A DNA stretch of 64,000 nucleotides from a bacterium (lineage in GTDB: Bacteria; SM23-31): the NCBI GenBank assembly GCA_965249485.1, contig OZ252239.1, positions 1,216,001 to 1,280,000 on the forward strand, written 5' to 3'. Positions 21,472 to 32,496 of the stretch are shown one piece after another. The first letter of the stretch is position 1, and every line of letters starts with the position of its first letter. The notes under the pieces were generated by a model. The model had not been told where the DNA came from. It did not search any database and saw nothing but the letters and a program-made list of their open reading frames with translations. The translations under genes and the position numbers were made by a program.

Positions 21472-22851
21472 TCACGGTTTGACATCATTTTGAAATCGCA
21501 TCGGAATATTCATCCAGAATTTTACCGGATCACCTTCCTGTGTTGCTGGTAAAAATGAGACACTTTTTACTGCTTCTATAGCGGCATTATCCAGTTCGGG
21601 ATGACCCGATGATCTAGCAATTTCTGTTTCAAGAATACTCCCGTCTTCACCGATTAACGCTCGTACTTGCACTAATCCATCTTTACCTTCTTCTTTAGCT
21701 TTTTGTGGGTATTCGATTTTCTCAGCAATTCCAGATAATCCGCCAACTATTTTAGGCAGATTCTCTTGTGGAAGATATTCCGGTATTGTTTCAGTAACAG
21801 TCTGAGACTGTCCGGAAATTGATTCATTATCGGAAATCTCTTGTGAAGAAAGCATAGTTCCCTGTTCACGCTCACAGGCAAAGTAAAGGCATAAACCTGT
21901 CACGAAAGCTACGGCAATTTTTGTATAATATGTCATAGCAATACTCTCCTTTCCTACACACTTCATTATGGTATGGATTCTTTTAACGAGTGAATGTTTT
22001 CTTTCAAAAAAACCAATGCCCGCAAATCCTAAATGAGACTCACTGGTGATGTCTTCACTAACCCGAAGGATGCAGTCGGCATACTCTTTTCTGCTCAATT
22101 GTAATCCTGTTTGAGTAAGACTATCGCACACGTCTTCCCGAAAATATCGAATTTTCCTATTCATAATCCAGATAAGCGGATGAAAGAAAAAGATAATCTG
22201 AATGATGACCTGTACAAAGTTGATTATTAAATCAAAACGTTTGATATGGACGAGTTCGTGCATGAGAATCGGCTCAACATTTTTTACCGGCCATACATCC
22301 GCTATCTGTCTGGGAAGATACACAGTGGGATGAATCAGTCCTGCTGCTGCCGGGCTTTGTGCATTTCTCATATCAAGATATTTGAGTTCTGTAGAATTCG
22401 AAAGTCCAAGTTCATTTTTTAGCTCTTCAAAACGTTTTGTCAGCACACTCCGTTTAACAGGAGAAGAGGAAGAAAGCGTAAAATACGTCAGAAACAGTTT
22501 CCCTAAATAAGCTGCACACAGTAATGCTACCACACTGAGCCATAGTAATGTAATATATTCATTCAGCGAGAAGGAAAAAGCAGTTGAACTTTGTACAGGG
22601 GAATCGATGACCGGGAGTTCAATCAGTGAATAGTCTATAAATACTGAATTTTCATTTGAGGGAATAGAAATGGTAAATGGAATGCAGAGCCGAAACAGAC
22701 AAATACACCATAACCAGTAATGAAAGAGTGGAGAGGAACGTCTGCTGAATTGTGATATGATAAGGATTACAAAAAAAAGTATCGATATCTGAATGCTGAT
22801 TTCCCAGAAAAAAGGGATCAATATACGGGACAAATCTTTAAGAAGTATCAT
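21472..22851 (-). CDS. BlaR1/MecR1-type M56 metallopeptidase fused to a TonB C-terminal domain
   Basis: TM-rich N-terminus, ILMHELVHIKRFD (HEXXH), FFHPLIW, REDVCD, C-terminal YPQKAKEEGKDGLVQV..SSGHPELDNAAIEAV. ATG at 22851 follows GGGAG. Confidence 0.9.
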   Translation of the reverse strand: MILLKDLSRILIPFFWEISIQISILFFVILIISQFSRRSSPLFHYWLWCICLFRLCIPFTISIPSNENSVFIDYSLIELPVIDSPVQSSTAFSFSLNEYITLLWLSVVALLCAAYLGKLFLTYFTLSSSSPVKRSVLTKRFEELKNELGLSNSTELKYLDMRNAQSPAAAGLIHPTVYLPRQIADVWPVKNVEPILMHELVHIKRFDLIINFVQVIIQIIFFFHPLIWIMNRKIRYFREDVCDSLTQTGLQLSRKEYADCILRVSEDITSESHLGFAGIGFFERKHSLVKRIHTIMKCVGKESIAMTYYTKIAVAFVTGLCLYFACEREQGTMLSSQEISDNESISGQSQTVTETIPEYLPQENLPKIVGGLSGIAEKIEYPQKAKEEGKDGLVQVRALIGEDGSILETEIARSSGHPELDNAAIEAVKSVSFLPATQEGDPVKFWMNIPMRFQNDVKP

Positions 22852-23236
22852 GAGAATTCTCCCTTTCTTTGTCACGGATAATTTGTTTGATTTCTTCGAT
22901 TTCTTCCCTGCTGAGTTTTTTATTCTTTACAAAATTGACAAGCAGCGGTCCCACCGATTCATCAAGAACGTTTGAAATAAATGAGCTGATTTCACGAGAA
23001 AAAGCTTTTGACTGTGACAGTGATGGCTTATATATCCAGATAGGGCCGAATTTTTCTTTGGTTAGAAAACTCTTTTTAACAATTCTCTCAAGCAGTGTGG
23101 CAATTGTCTGGTATGACCGTTTTTTATCATGAAGTGATTCCTCGTAAACCTCACGTGCGGTGGCCTTCCCTTTTTTCCAGCAAATTTTCATGAGTGACCA
23201 TTCTGCTTTTGATAAATCTTTCTTCAAGTCAGACAT
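22838..23236 (-). CDS. blaI: BlaI/MecI/CopY family transcriptional repressor
   Basis: LSKAEWSLMKICW..SYQTIATLLERIVKK..LSREEIEEIKQII; overlaps the start of the M56 gene. Confidence 0.9.
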   Translation of the reverse strand: MSDLKKDLSKAEWSLMKICWKKGKATAREVYEESLHDKKRSYQTIATLLERIVKKSFLTKEKFGPIWIYKPSLSQSKAFSREISSFISNVLDESVGPLLVNFVKNKKLSREEIEEIKQIIRDKERENSHDTS

Positions 23237-23283
23237 AGTGTTTTCCTATAATGAAACTATCGTAATGATATTGTACTTGTAGT

Positions 23284-23312
23284 ATTATAACTACATTTGT
23301 AGTAATTTTCAA
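23284..23312 (-). promoter_or_regulatory. Sigma70 promoter of the blaI operon with a BlaI/MecI operator in its spacer
   Basis: Minus strand TTGAAA (23312-23307)-N17-TATAAT (23289-23284). Palindrome ACTACATTTGTAGT (TACA-N2-TGTA) at 23290-23303. Confidence 0.85.
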
Positions 23313-23376
23313 GAAAAAAATGGAATTTTTCAAATTTTTTTCGATAGTATTGAAATGGTACAGAAAAAGAAAATCC

Positions 23377-25871
23377 TTAAATCTTCCGATCCCGCCATGA
23401 TCTGATCTTTTTAGCCCAAGTTTTGACAAGGATTTCGGCGGCTTTTTGAGTGGGTGCTTCTGAGGTGACAGAGAAGAGTGCTTCGGCTCGTGCAGGAAGA
23501 AAAACTGTCCAGGTGTCTTCATTGTATATTTTGATACCATGAATTAATTCCCGCTTCATTCCGTCTGTTGCTTTCATGAGTGCATTCATGACTTTTCCTT
23601 TTTGTTCCCACGAACAGGCAATATTGGCTCTGGCAATTGACGGAAATTGAATTGAATCAATAAACTTCGATAATGGTTCCTTCATTCGTGCTAACATTTC
23701 AAGAATTTTAACCGTAGAAAACATTGCATCCGCACCGGTATTAAACTCGGGAAAAATGAAGCCGCCGAGCGTGCCACCAACAAATCCAATGTCCTCATCG
23801 AGAGCAACTTCTATCATGGAACGGTGGGTGCTCTTGCACGTTTTGTAACCAACTCTGTGTTTCCGGGCCATTGTTTGAATGAGTCGAGGTGCAAGAACGG
23901 GGGCAGAGATCTTCTTCGGTTTAAAATTATTCAGATAGAGCTGCGTAACAATGGCAAGAAGCTCTAAATTCTCGAAATACCGACCCTTATTGTCGACCAG
24001 GTAGAGCCGTTCACAGGTGGGATCAATTATGAATCCAACATCTGCCCGAAGCGATTTGACGATTTTGGAAATCCGATTCACCTGCTGCCGATGCTGTTTT
24101 CTTGAAAAACTCCGGTAAAGCGATTCGCTAAATGCACTCAGCGTCACAATATCGATGTTCAGATCGCCGAACAAAGAAGGAAATATGGTACTCCCCGGTC
24201 CGTAGGAAAAATCAATAACAGCATGCATGTTTGCCTGCTGGAGTAAGGAGGTATCGAGATTTGCAATGAAATTTTTCTGGTACATGTCGAATAGCCTAAC
24301 CGTTTCCTCTACAAATCCGACAGAGGATGCCTCAATCCGTTCATAATCTTCACCAAAAAAGAGTCGCTCAACTTTTTTACATTTATTGGTGTGCAGATCA
24401 GTACCATTGGTGTCAAATACGATAATATCGGTTTTTCGTTCGTCGTAGGGCGATTTTCGTACGTGGAATCCACCAAGCTTTCGTGATTTCTTGAGAATTT
24501 GCCGTACAACAGGTATCGGTGTGGTGTGTAAATTGTCCACCTGAATGCCCATAGAGATGAGGCCTGATTGGAGTGCGGTTGTTACCATAAAAGAAGCCGC
24601 ATTGCTGTCACAACTTGAATATATCGATGCACCCTGACCCCAAAATGCACCGAGCGCTGATCCGAGACGCGAAGCGAAATCTGGCTTTATTTCAATATTG
24701 GCAATACCCGATATTCGAGCATCAGTGAACAGCCCCCGGAGCCACTTGTCACCCCACACGAGACTTGTTGCAAGAATAGTATCATTCGCAATGGTTTTCT
24801 TGGGCCAAATCTTAACCTGTGGTCTGATGAGAGTCCGTGCACCGATTGCAACATCTTCGCCGATAAATACCTTGTCGGAGATAGTCGATGAACTCCCCAA
24901 TCTAGTACGGGATCCGATAACAGCATTTTTCGTCTGGCACCCTTCACCGGCAAGAACACGATCCCACAGTACCGATCCGATTATCCGCGCCTTTTTTTAA
25001 TGAGCGTATTGTTCCCAATGACCGCATTGTGGACATATGCGCCCTCTTCAATCGTAACATTATTGCCGAGGACAATATTGCCTGCAAGCTCTGCGGTTAA
25101 GGCTATAGAACTCCTTTTTCCTTTGATTATATTTTCATTGCGCTTACCGTCAATTGTGAATTCCACTTTCCCGGCAAGACAATCCTGATGGACCGCCAGA
25201 TATTCTTCAAGATTGCCGATATCTTTCCAGTAACATTCTCCCGGATAACTGAAAAAACGGTGCCTTGTATTCAGCAGATGGGGAAAAAGGTCTTTGCCGA
25301 AATCGTACTCTTTATTGCTCGGCAAAAGATCGAGCATTTTTCGCTCAAAAAGGTAAATTCCGGAGTTAATCCAATCAGAAAAAACCTCACCCCATGACGG
25401 CTTTTCATAAAAATTGGTGATCCGGTGCCGTTTATTAGTCATAACAATGCCGAACTGGAGCGGGTCCGGTTCGCGGGTCAGCAGTATGGTAGCGTCACTC
25501 TTTTTCTTTATATGAAACGAATAAAAATCGGTGAGGTCGACATCAGTCAAAAGATCACCGCTGATTACAAGAAATGTGTCGTCGATATATGATTCCGCGA
25601 ACTTTACACTTCCGGCTGTACCGAGATCATCTTCCGGGAGGAGATAGGTACACTTCAATCCGAATTTCGAACCGTCACCGAGGTAATTTTTAATCAGATC
25701 AGGCTGGTGATACAGCATAACAACGACATCGGTAATGCTGTGTTTTTGCAGAAGAGAAGCAATGTGACCGATGATCGGTTTGTTCATAAGCGGGACCATC
25801 GGTTTCGGTTTGTAAATCGTCAGCGGCCGCAGCCGCGTTCCGAAACCACCGGCCATTATTACTGCCTGCAT
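23377..25871 (-). CDS. Mannose-1-phosphate guanylyltransferase / phosphomannomutase-like fusion; frameshifted in this sequence at the T-run 24992-24998
   Basis: AVIMAGGFGTRLRPLT NTP-transferase and LbH hexapeptide repeats. Adding one base continues as KKKARIIGSVLWD into the PMM-like domain (ORFs 24981..25871 and 23377..24900). Confidence 0.85.
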
Positions 25872-25976
25872 AATGCGCTCTCCGATAGGTCAAATGTACT
25901 ACACGTTAAAGTATTCAGATATTAATCTATATTAATGCGCTTGCTTTTACTATCGAAAAATGAACTGCCGTGCTAT

Positions 25977-26612
25977 TTAATTGCTATGTTTCAGTGTCCC
26001 TTTACCGCGTGTTACATCACGAAATGCCTCAATCAAACGTTCTTCATGCACCTTTCTGACTGAACACACGAGTCCGCTCTCTTCGCCGAATTTCCGGTTG
26101 ACGATATCTGCTTCGAGACTACCAAGAAGTTGCTCTACACCGCCGGTCATTTCGTACGGAAACGAAAGACTATATTGTACAGTTAAAAAGTGTTCAACTG
26201 TCTTTCCTATTGACAGAGCAGATTCAGCGGAATCGGCATATGCACGTGATAGGCCGCCTTTTCCCAGATTCGTACCTCCGTAATACCGGATGACAACACA
26301 AACAACATTTGTGAGATTGTGCCGCTGCAACGAGGTCAGGATCGGTTTTCCAGCTGTTCCGGACGGCTCTCCATCGTCACTCGTCCGGATCGTTTCTCCG
26401 GCACCGTCCAGGATAATATAAGCAAAACAGTGATGCGTTGCATCACGATACGATGTTCGAAGAGATTCAAGAAATTTCTCTGCACCGGCTTGAGAAATGA
26501 TAGGTTCACAAAATGATTTAAAACGCGAGCCCTTAACGTTAATTTCACCCTGAGTACCACCGGAGAGGGTTCTATATGCGTCGTATGAAGAATCAGTTGT
26601 GTTACGAAGCAT
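25977..26612 (-). CDS. yigZ: YigZ / IMPACT family protein
   Basis: VKGSRF, ATHHCFAY, SDDGEPSGTAGKP, RYYGGTNLGKGGL motifs. Confidence 0.92.
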   Translation of the reverse strand: MLRNTTDSSYDAYRTLSGGTQGEINVKGSRFKSFCEPIISQAGAEKFLESLRTSYRDATHHCFAYIILDGAGETIRTSDDGEPSGTAGKPILTSLQRHNLTNVVCVVIRYYGGTNLGKGGLSRAYADSAESALSIGKTVEHFLTVQYSLSFPYEMTGGVEQLLGSLEADIVNRKFGEESGLVCSVRKVHEERLIEAFRDVTRGKGTLKHSN

Positions 26613-26743
26613 CGGACTGTGAGAGGTTATGAATTTATCACCGGTGAATAATGGTGAACGGAAATCCAAGTCAGAAGAAATTCTTTAACAAAATAATTAA
26701 TTATAGGCACAAAATCAAGCGGATATTATTTGGATATATTCTC

Positions 26744-26914
26744 TGCCATATACCACAAAAGAAGACACAATGGCAATTATGACTGCCATAATGGCATTAT
26801 TGCATTGGTAGCTTTCTTTGTCACCTAAAATGAAAAATAATGGTAAGGTATTGATATTAAAAGACTAACATGCTTATTTGTGCATAGTCTAAATGATTGG
26901 TACACAGATTGCAT
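26744..26914 (+). promoter_or_regulatory. Putative sigma54 promoter of dnaK-clpB with IHF site and upstream activator palindromes
   Basis: TTGGTACACAGATTGCAT (GG-N10-GC) at 26897-26914. WATCAA-N4-TTR IHF match on the minus strand at 26844-26856. TGCCATAATGGCA at 26784-26796 and AGACACAATGGCA at 26763-26775. Confidence 0.7.
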
Positions 26915-27025
26915 ATAAAAAGAGTGAAAAACCATGAAATACATCCCGGTTAAAAAACGGGAATCCTAATATTCGAAAATTGACAGAAACATTATAAGAA
27001 TCTTAAACGATCAGGAGTTAAAACA

Positions 27026-28945
27026 ATGGGAAAAATTATTGGAATTGATCTGGGAACCACAAACAGCTGTGTTGCAGTCATTGAAGGCGGTAAACCGGTT
27101 GTCATTCCGAATTCAGAAGGAGGGCGGATCACACCATCCGTTGTTGCGTTCACAAAAAACGACGAACGGCTAATCGGCCAGGCGGCAAAACGGCAGGCTG
27201 TTACCAATCCGGAAAATACGGTCTTCTCTATTAAACGCTTCATGGGCCGTGTTCATGGTGAAGTTTCTGAAGAAATGAAGGAGGTACCGTATAAAGTTGT
27301 CAAAGGGAAAAGCAACGTTGCACGTGTTAAAGTAAAGAACAATGAATACTCACCGCCTGAAATCTCAGCCATGATACTTCAAAAAATGAAGCAGACAGCA
27401 GAAGATTATCTCGGACAGAAGGTTACCGAGGCCGTCGTTACAGTGCCTGCTTATTTCAATGACAGTCAGCGGCAGGCAACGAAGGAGGCAGCCATCATTG
27501 CCGGTCTTGATCCCAAACGAATTGTAAACGAGCCAACTGCTGCATCATTGGCATATGGTCTTGATAAAGAAAAAGACGAAAAAATCGCCGTATTCGACTT
27601 TGGTGGCGGAACATTTGATATCTCGATTCTGGAAATAGCTGATGGTGTGTTCGAAGTGAAATCGACCAACGGTGATACCCATCTCGGTGGCGACAACATC
27701 GACCATCGGCTTGTCAACTGGATTGCTGATGAATTCAAACAGCAGGAAGGGATTGATCTCCGAAACGATCCAATGGCACTTCAGCGGCTTAAAGAAGCAG
27801 GTGAAAAGGCAAAAATGGAGCTCTCGACAACGACACAGACAGAGATCAACCTCCCGTTTGTCACAGCAACTGACAGCGGTCCGAAACATCTTAATCTGAC
27901 CCTGACGCGTTCAAAGTTCGAACAGTTGTGTGATAAAGAATTCAAGCGTCTTATTGCACCGAGTGAAACTGCACTTAAAGATGCCGGATTGTCAAAAGCC
28001 GACATTGATGAAGTAGTTCTCGTCGGCGGTTCGACACGAATTCCGAAAGTTCAGGAAATCGTAAAAGAAATATTCGGCAAGGAAGGCCATAAAGGTGTTA
28101 ATCCGGATGAAGTCGTTGCAATGGGAGCGGCAATTCAGGGTGGAATTCTCGGTGGGGACATTGATGATGAAATCGTGCTGCTCGATGTAACGCCGTTGAC
28201 TCTCGGTATTGAAACACTTGGCGGCGTTATGACAAAACTCATTGAAGCAAACACCACAATTCCGGTTAAAAAGGCAGAAGTTTTCTCGACAGCTGCAGAT
28301 AACCAGACGACAGTTGAAGTCCATGTACTGCAGGGTGAACGGCCGATAGCGATAGATAACAAAACTATCGGACGATTCCATCTTGACGGTATTCCTCCTG
28401 CTCCACGCGGCATACCGCAGGTCGAAGTCTCGTTTGATCTTGATGCAAATGGTATATTGAACGTCTCTGCCAAGGATAAAGCGACTGAAAAAGAGCAGAA
28501 GATTACAATCACAGCATCGAGTGGATTGACTGATGAAGAGATCAAGAAAATGAAAGAAGATGCGAAAATCCATGCAGATGAAGACAAGCAGCAGCGGGAA
28601 AAAGTAGATACGAAAAATCAGGCCGAGCAAATGATGTGGCAGACTGAAAAACAGATCGAGGAGTTGAAGGACAAACTCGATGAAGAAGCCAAGCAGAAAC
28701 TTGAAGCGGGTATCGGACGGCTGAAAGAAGCTATTAAGGTCGAAAATCTGGATGAAATGAAATCATCTATGGAAGCGCTGACACAAGTCTGGAATGAGGC
28801 GTCGCAAAAAATGTATCAGGATGCTGCTGCACAACAGCCGCCACCCGGTGCAGAAGCTGAGGAAACGGCAGGCGCAGACAATACATCGAAAAAGAAAAAC
28901 GATAAAGAAATCAAAGACGCGGACTTCGAAGTTGTTGACGATTAA
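27026..28945 (+). CDS. dnaK: Chaperone DnaK (Hsp70)
   Basis: [48 protein letters not shown]. Confidence 0.98.
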   Translation: MGKIIGIDLGTTNSCVAVIEGGKPVVIPNSEGGRITPSVVAFTKNDERLIGQAAKRQAVTNPENTVFSIKRFMGRVHGEVSEEMKEVPYKVVKGKSNVARVKVKNNEYSPPEISAMILQKMKQTAEDYLGQKVTEAVVTVPAYFNDSQRQATKEAAIIAGLDPKRIVNEPTAASLAYGLDKEKDEKIAVFDFGGGTFDISILEIADGVFEVKSTNGDTHLGGDNIDHRLVNWIADEFKQQEGIDLRNDPMALQRLKEAGEKAKMELSTTTQTEINLPFVTATDSGPKHLNLTLTRSKFEQLCDKEFKRLIAPSETALKDAGLSKADIDEVVLVGGSTRIPKVQEIVKEIFGKEGHKGVNPDEVVAMGAAIQGGILGGDIDDEIVLLDVTPLTLGIETLGGVMTKLIEANTTIPVKKAEVFSTAADNQTTVEVHVLQGERPIAIDNKTIGRFHLDGIPPAPRGIPQVEVSFDLDANGILNVSAKDKATEKEQKITITASSGLTDEEIKKMKEDAKIHADEDKQQREKVDTKNQAEQMMWQTEKQIEELKDKLDEEAKQKLEAGIGRLKEAIKVENLDEMKSSMEALTQVWNEASQKMYQDAAAQQPPPGAEAEETAGADNTSKKKNDKEIKDADFEVVDD

Positions 28946-29121
28946 GCCACTTAATCAATATATTATTAATGTTCGCTAATTGTAGGAACATGAAGCATTC
29001 AATGCAGTGATTGCCACGCCCCCATTTTAAACCGGGTAGGTTCACAATCTCTGCCATGAAAATTGTAAGTGGAGCTAAAATTAAATACAAATCACATAAT
29101 TGAGAAATATGTTAACGAATA

Positions 29122-31737
29122 ATGGACATTGAAAAATACACCATTAAAGCCCAGCAGGCATTTGCCGCTGCAAAGCGGTTAGCATCTGACCTTACCCACC
29201 AGCAGATCGAACCGGAACACCTATTTCTCGGTCTACTGGATGACGGCCGGAGCACCGTTGTTTCGATTTTGAAAAAAATTGGACTGCAGCCGGATGCAAT
29301 GAAAATGGAAACGGAAGAACTCCTCGGTAAGATTCCGAAAGTTTCCGGTTCCGGTGTTGAACAGATATATCTCTCACATCGCTCGGCTCAAGTTGTGGAC
29401 AATACCCTGAAAGAAGCGGAGCAGTTAAAAGACGAGTTTATTTCCACCGAGCATCTTCTGCTGGCCCTAGCAGACGAGAGTGAGTTTGCCGGGGCAATAT
29501 TTGACAGTCAGGGTATCAAAAAGGACGATATTATTCAAGCGCTGCAATCGATACGGGGTTCGCAGCGGGTTACTGATCAAAATCCGGAAGAAAAATACCA
29601 AGCGTTAGAGCAGTATTCGCAGGACCTGAACGCTCTTGCCCGAAAGGGAAAACTTGATCCGGTCGTCGGGAGAGATGAAGAAATCAGGCGAATACTGCAG
29701 GTCCTGAGCAGACGGACAAAAAACAATCCGATCCTCCTCGGTGATCCCGGCGTCGGAAAGACAGCAATTGCAGGGGGACTCGCACACCGGATTATTGCGG
29801 GTGATGTTCCTGAATCCCTCCGGACAAAACGGGTCATGGCGCTCGATCTCGGTGCTTTGATTGCCGGAGCAAAATTCCGTGGGGAATTCGAAGACCGGCT
29901 CAAGGCAGTCCTGAAAGAGATTGAAGATTCGGATGGGGAGGTGATCCTTTTCATCGATGAGATTCATACGCTTGTTGGTGCGGGAGCTGCCGAGGGTTCA
30001 ATGGATGCGTCGAACATGTTGAAACCTGCCCTTGCGCGTGGTGAATTGAAGTGTATTGGCGCAACGACACGGGGAGAGTATCAGAAATATATCGAAAAAG
30101 ATCCCGCACTCGAACGGCGGTTTCAGCCGGTAACAATTCAGGAACCCCGGATAGAAGATACCGTCTCGATACTCAGAGGATTGAAAGAGCGGTATGAAGT
30201 CCATCACGGCGTCCGAATCACGGATGGAGCTCTCATCCAGGCTGCTGTATTGTCGGACAGATATATAACCGAGCGGTTCCTGCCTGACAAGGCAATCGAT
30301 CTGATCGATGAAGCAGCATCGAAGCTCAGAATTGAGATCGATAGTGTTCCGGAAGAACTCGATGAGATTGAACGGAAAATCTAACAGCTCGAAATCGAAC
30401 GTGAAGCAATAAAAAAAGATAAGAACGATGCGGCAAAAGCACGCCTTGACAACATAAAAAAAGAATTGGCAGACCTGACCGAGCAATCGAATGGACTCCG
30501 GGCACACTGGGGACTCGAAAAAGAGACTATCAAAACGATCCGCGGATTGAAAGAAGCAATCGAAGTCGCGAAACATGAAGAATCAAATGCGGAGCGTGAA
30601 GGGAATCTTGCACGCGCAGCCGAATTGAAATACGGGACAATAAAAGAGCTTGAGAAGCAGCTTATCGAAGCAAACGAAAAACTGTTGGAAATCCAGAAGG
30701 AGAGAAAGCTCCTGAAAGAAGAGGTCGATGAAGAAGATATAGCTGAAATTGTTTCCCGTTGGACTGGCATACCGGTTTCGAAAATGGTTGAATCCGAGCG
30801 GGAAAAGCTTATGCACATGGAGGAGAGGCTCCATATGCGCATTGTCGGTCAAGACGAAGCAGTGATGGCTGTATCCAATGCAGTACGCCGTTCACGAATA
30901 GGCCTGCAATCACCCGACAGGCCGATAGGGACATTCATTTTTCTCGGCAGTACTGGCGTCGGCAAGACCGAACTTGCACGGGCTTTGGCAGAATATCTGT
31001 TCGACGATGAACGCGCTGTCATAAGGATCGACATGTCGGAATACATGGAGCGTCACTCGGTCGCACGGCTCATCGGTGCGCCACCGGGCTATGTCGGATA
31101 CGAAGAGGGTGGGCAACTAACAGAAGCGGTCAGAAGGAATCCCTATTCTGTAATTCTTCTCGATGAGGTTGAAAAAGCCCATACCGACGTATTCAACATC
31201 CTTTTGCAGGTGCTCGATGATGGCAGATTAACTGATAATAAAGGGCGTACCGTCAATTTTAAAAATACGATCATCATCATGACTTCGAACATTGGAGCAC
31301 CGTACATTATGGAAAAAATAGTACAGATGACCGATGAGAATGAAGACCAACTCTATGCGGATATCAGTTCTGAACTCTTGAGGCAACTGCGACAGCAAAT
31401 TAGCCCTGAATTTCTGAACCGGATCGATGAAATCATTTTATTCAAGGCGCTTCACCGGGAGCAGTTGCGAAAAATCGTCGACATCCAGTTTAGCAGATTG
31501 GAGCAATTGAGCAAACAGACAGGGCTCAGTCTTGAACTGACTGGCGCGGCCCGTGACTATCTCGCTGATGCAGGATACGACCCTGCCTTCGGTGCTCGGC
31601 CTCTCAAGCGGGTGATCCAAAAGAAAATTGCCGATCCCTTGGCCTCAAAAGTTTTATCCGGGGAGATCAAAAACGGAAACAGTGTTCTGATCAGCACACA
31701 AAACGGTTCCCTTGCTTTTTCCGTGCAGCCTGCATGA
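29122..31737 (+). CDS. clpB: ClpB disaggregase, interrupted by an in-frame TAA at 30382-30384
   Basis: [11 protein letters not shown]1 and [11 protein letters not shown]2. ORFs 29122..30384 and 30466..31737 share one frame and read [12 protein letters not shown] across the stop. Confidence 0.93.
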
Positions 31738-31842
31738 TAGGTTAAAAAGTCGGAATATGTTCAAGTTTTGATACAAAATAATTGATATTAATGTTGAGAT
31801 ATTTTACATTGTGTAGTTGAAAGAATTTGAGGAGATGTTTTT

Positions 31843-32262
31843 ATGCGGTTTTATCTGATTTTCGGAACGATGGTTTTGGTAGCAATTAGTTCACTTTTCT
31901 GTTCAAAAACGCTGACTGAAGAAGAACTTTTTACGAAAGCTCAGGAAGAATTAAAAGAGAAAAATCCGGTTGAAGCTGTACGGTCATACGAACAAATTGT
32001 TGAAAACTTCCCGGAGAGTGAGAACAGGAGTAAAGCGGTGTTTATGCTCGGATTTCTCTATGCGAACGAGCTCCATGATACCGATAAAGCACGATCATAC
32101 TATTCGCAAATGCTACAGGAATATCCCGACCACGAACTTGCGGTATCAGTCGAGTTTGAATTGGAAAATCTCGGGAAAGCAATCGAGGAAATTGATTCGA
32201 TTCTCGTGAAAAAAATTGAGATTCAGGATGCCGCTATGAGCGATCGGGGGGATGAAAAATAA
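31843..32262 (+). CDS. TPR-containing putative lipoprotein
   Basis: Signal peptide ending LFC-SK; TPR-like YEQIVENFP..KAVFMLGFLY..YP motifs. Confidence 0.75.
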   Translation: MRFYLIFGTMVLVAISSLFCSKTLTEEELFTKAQEELKEKNPVEAVRSYEQIVENFPESENRSKAVFMLGFLYANELHDTDKARSYYSQMLQEYPDHELAVSVEFELENLGKAIEEIDSILVKKIEIQDAAMSDRGDEK

Positions 32263-32496
32263 GAAGACCTGAGTGTAATATCAACACGCGGTAAATATTG
32301 AAATGCCGAAATAATTTCAGTACATGAAGTTTTTCGGCATTTTTTATAGTAAGGAACTTTTGAAATTAGAAAATAGTAACAGAAATAGATTTTTTTGCAT
32401 AGAAACATTTATTACGATTGAGAGAATTAGTACTAAATTACCTGTCGCAGTCTGAATACTGCGAATGTATTGTGAACGTTAAACTATGGGAGACAG

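Noticed and set aside
24985..25000. Programmed -1 frameshift at AAAAAAAG in the ManC-ManB fusion
   Set aside because: The zero-frame codons are AAA AAA AGG, so the A_AAA_AAG heptamer is not in the slippery phase. A homopolymer error is simpler.
26700..27025. CIRCE element upstream of dnaK
   Set aside because: No TTAGCACTC-N9-GAGTGCTAA match; the palindromes present are of a different type.
31805..31817. Second BlaI operator (TACATTGTGTAG) upstream of the TPR lipoprotein
   Set aside because: The spacer is 3 nt rather than the required TACA-N2-TGTA.
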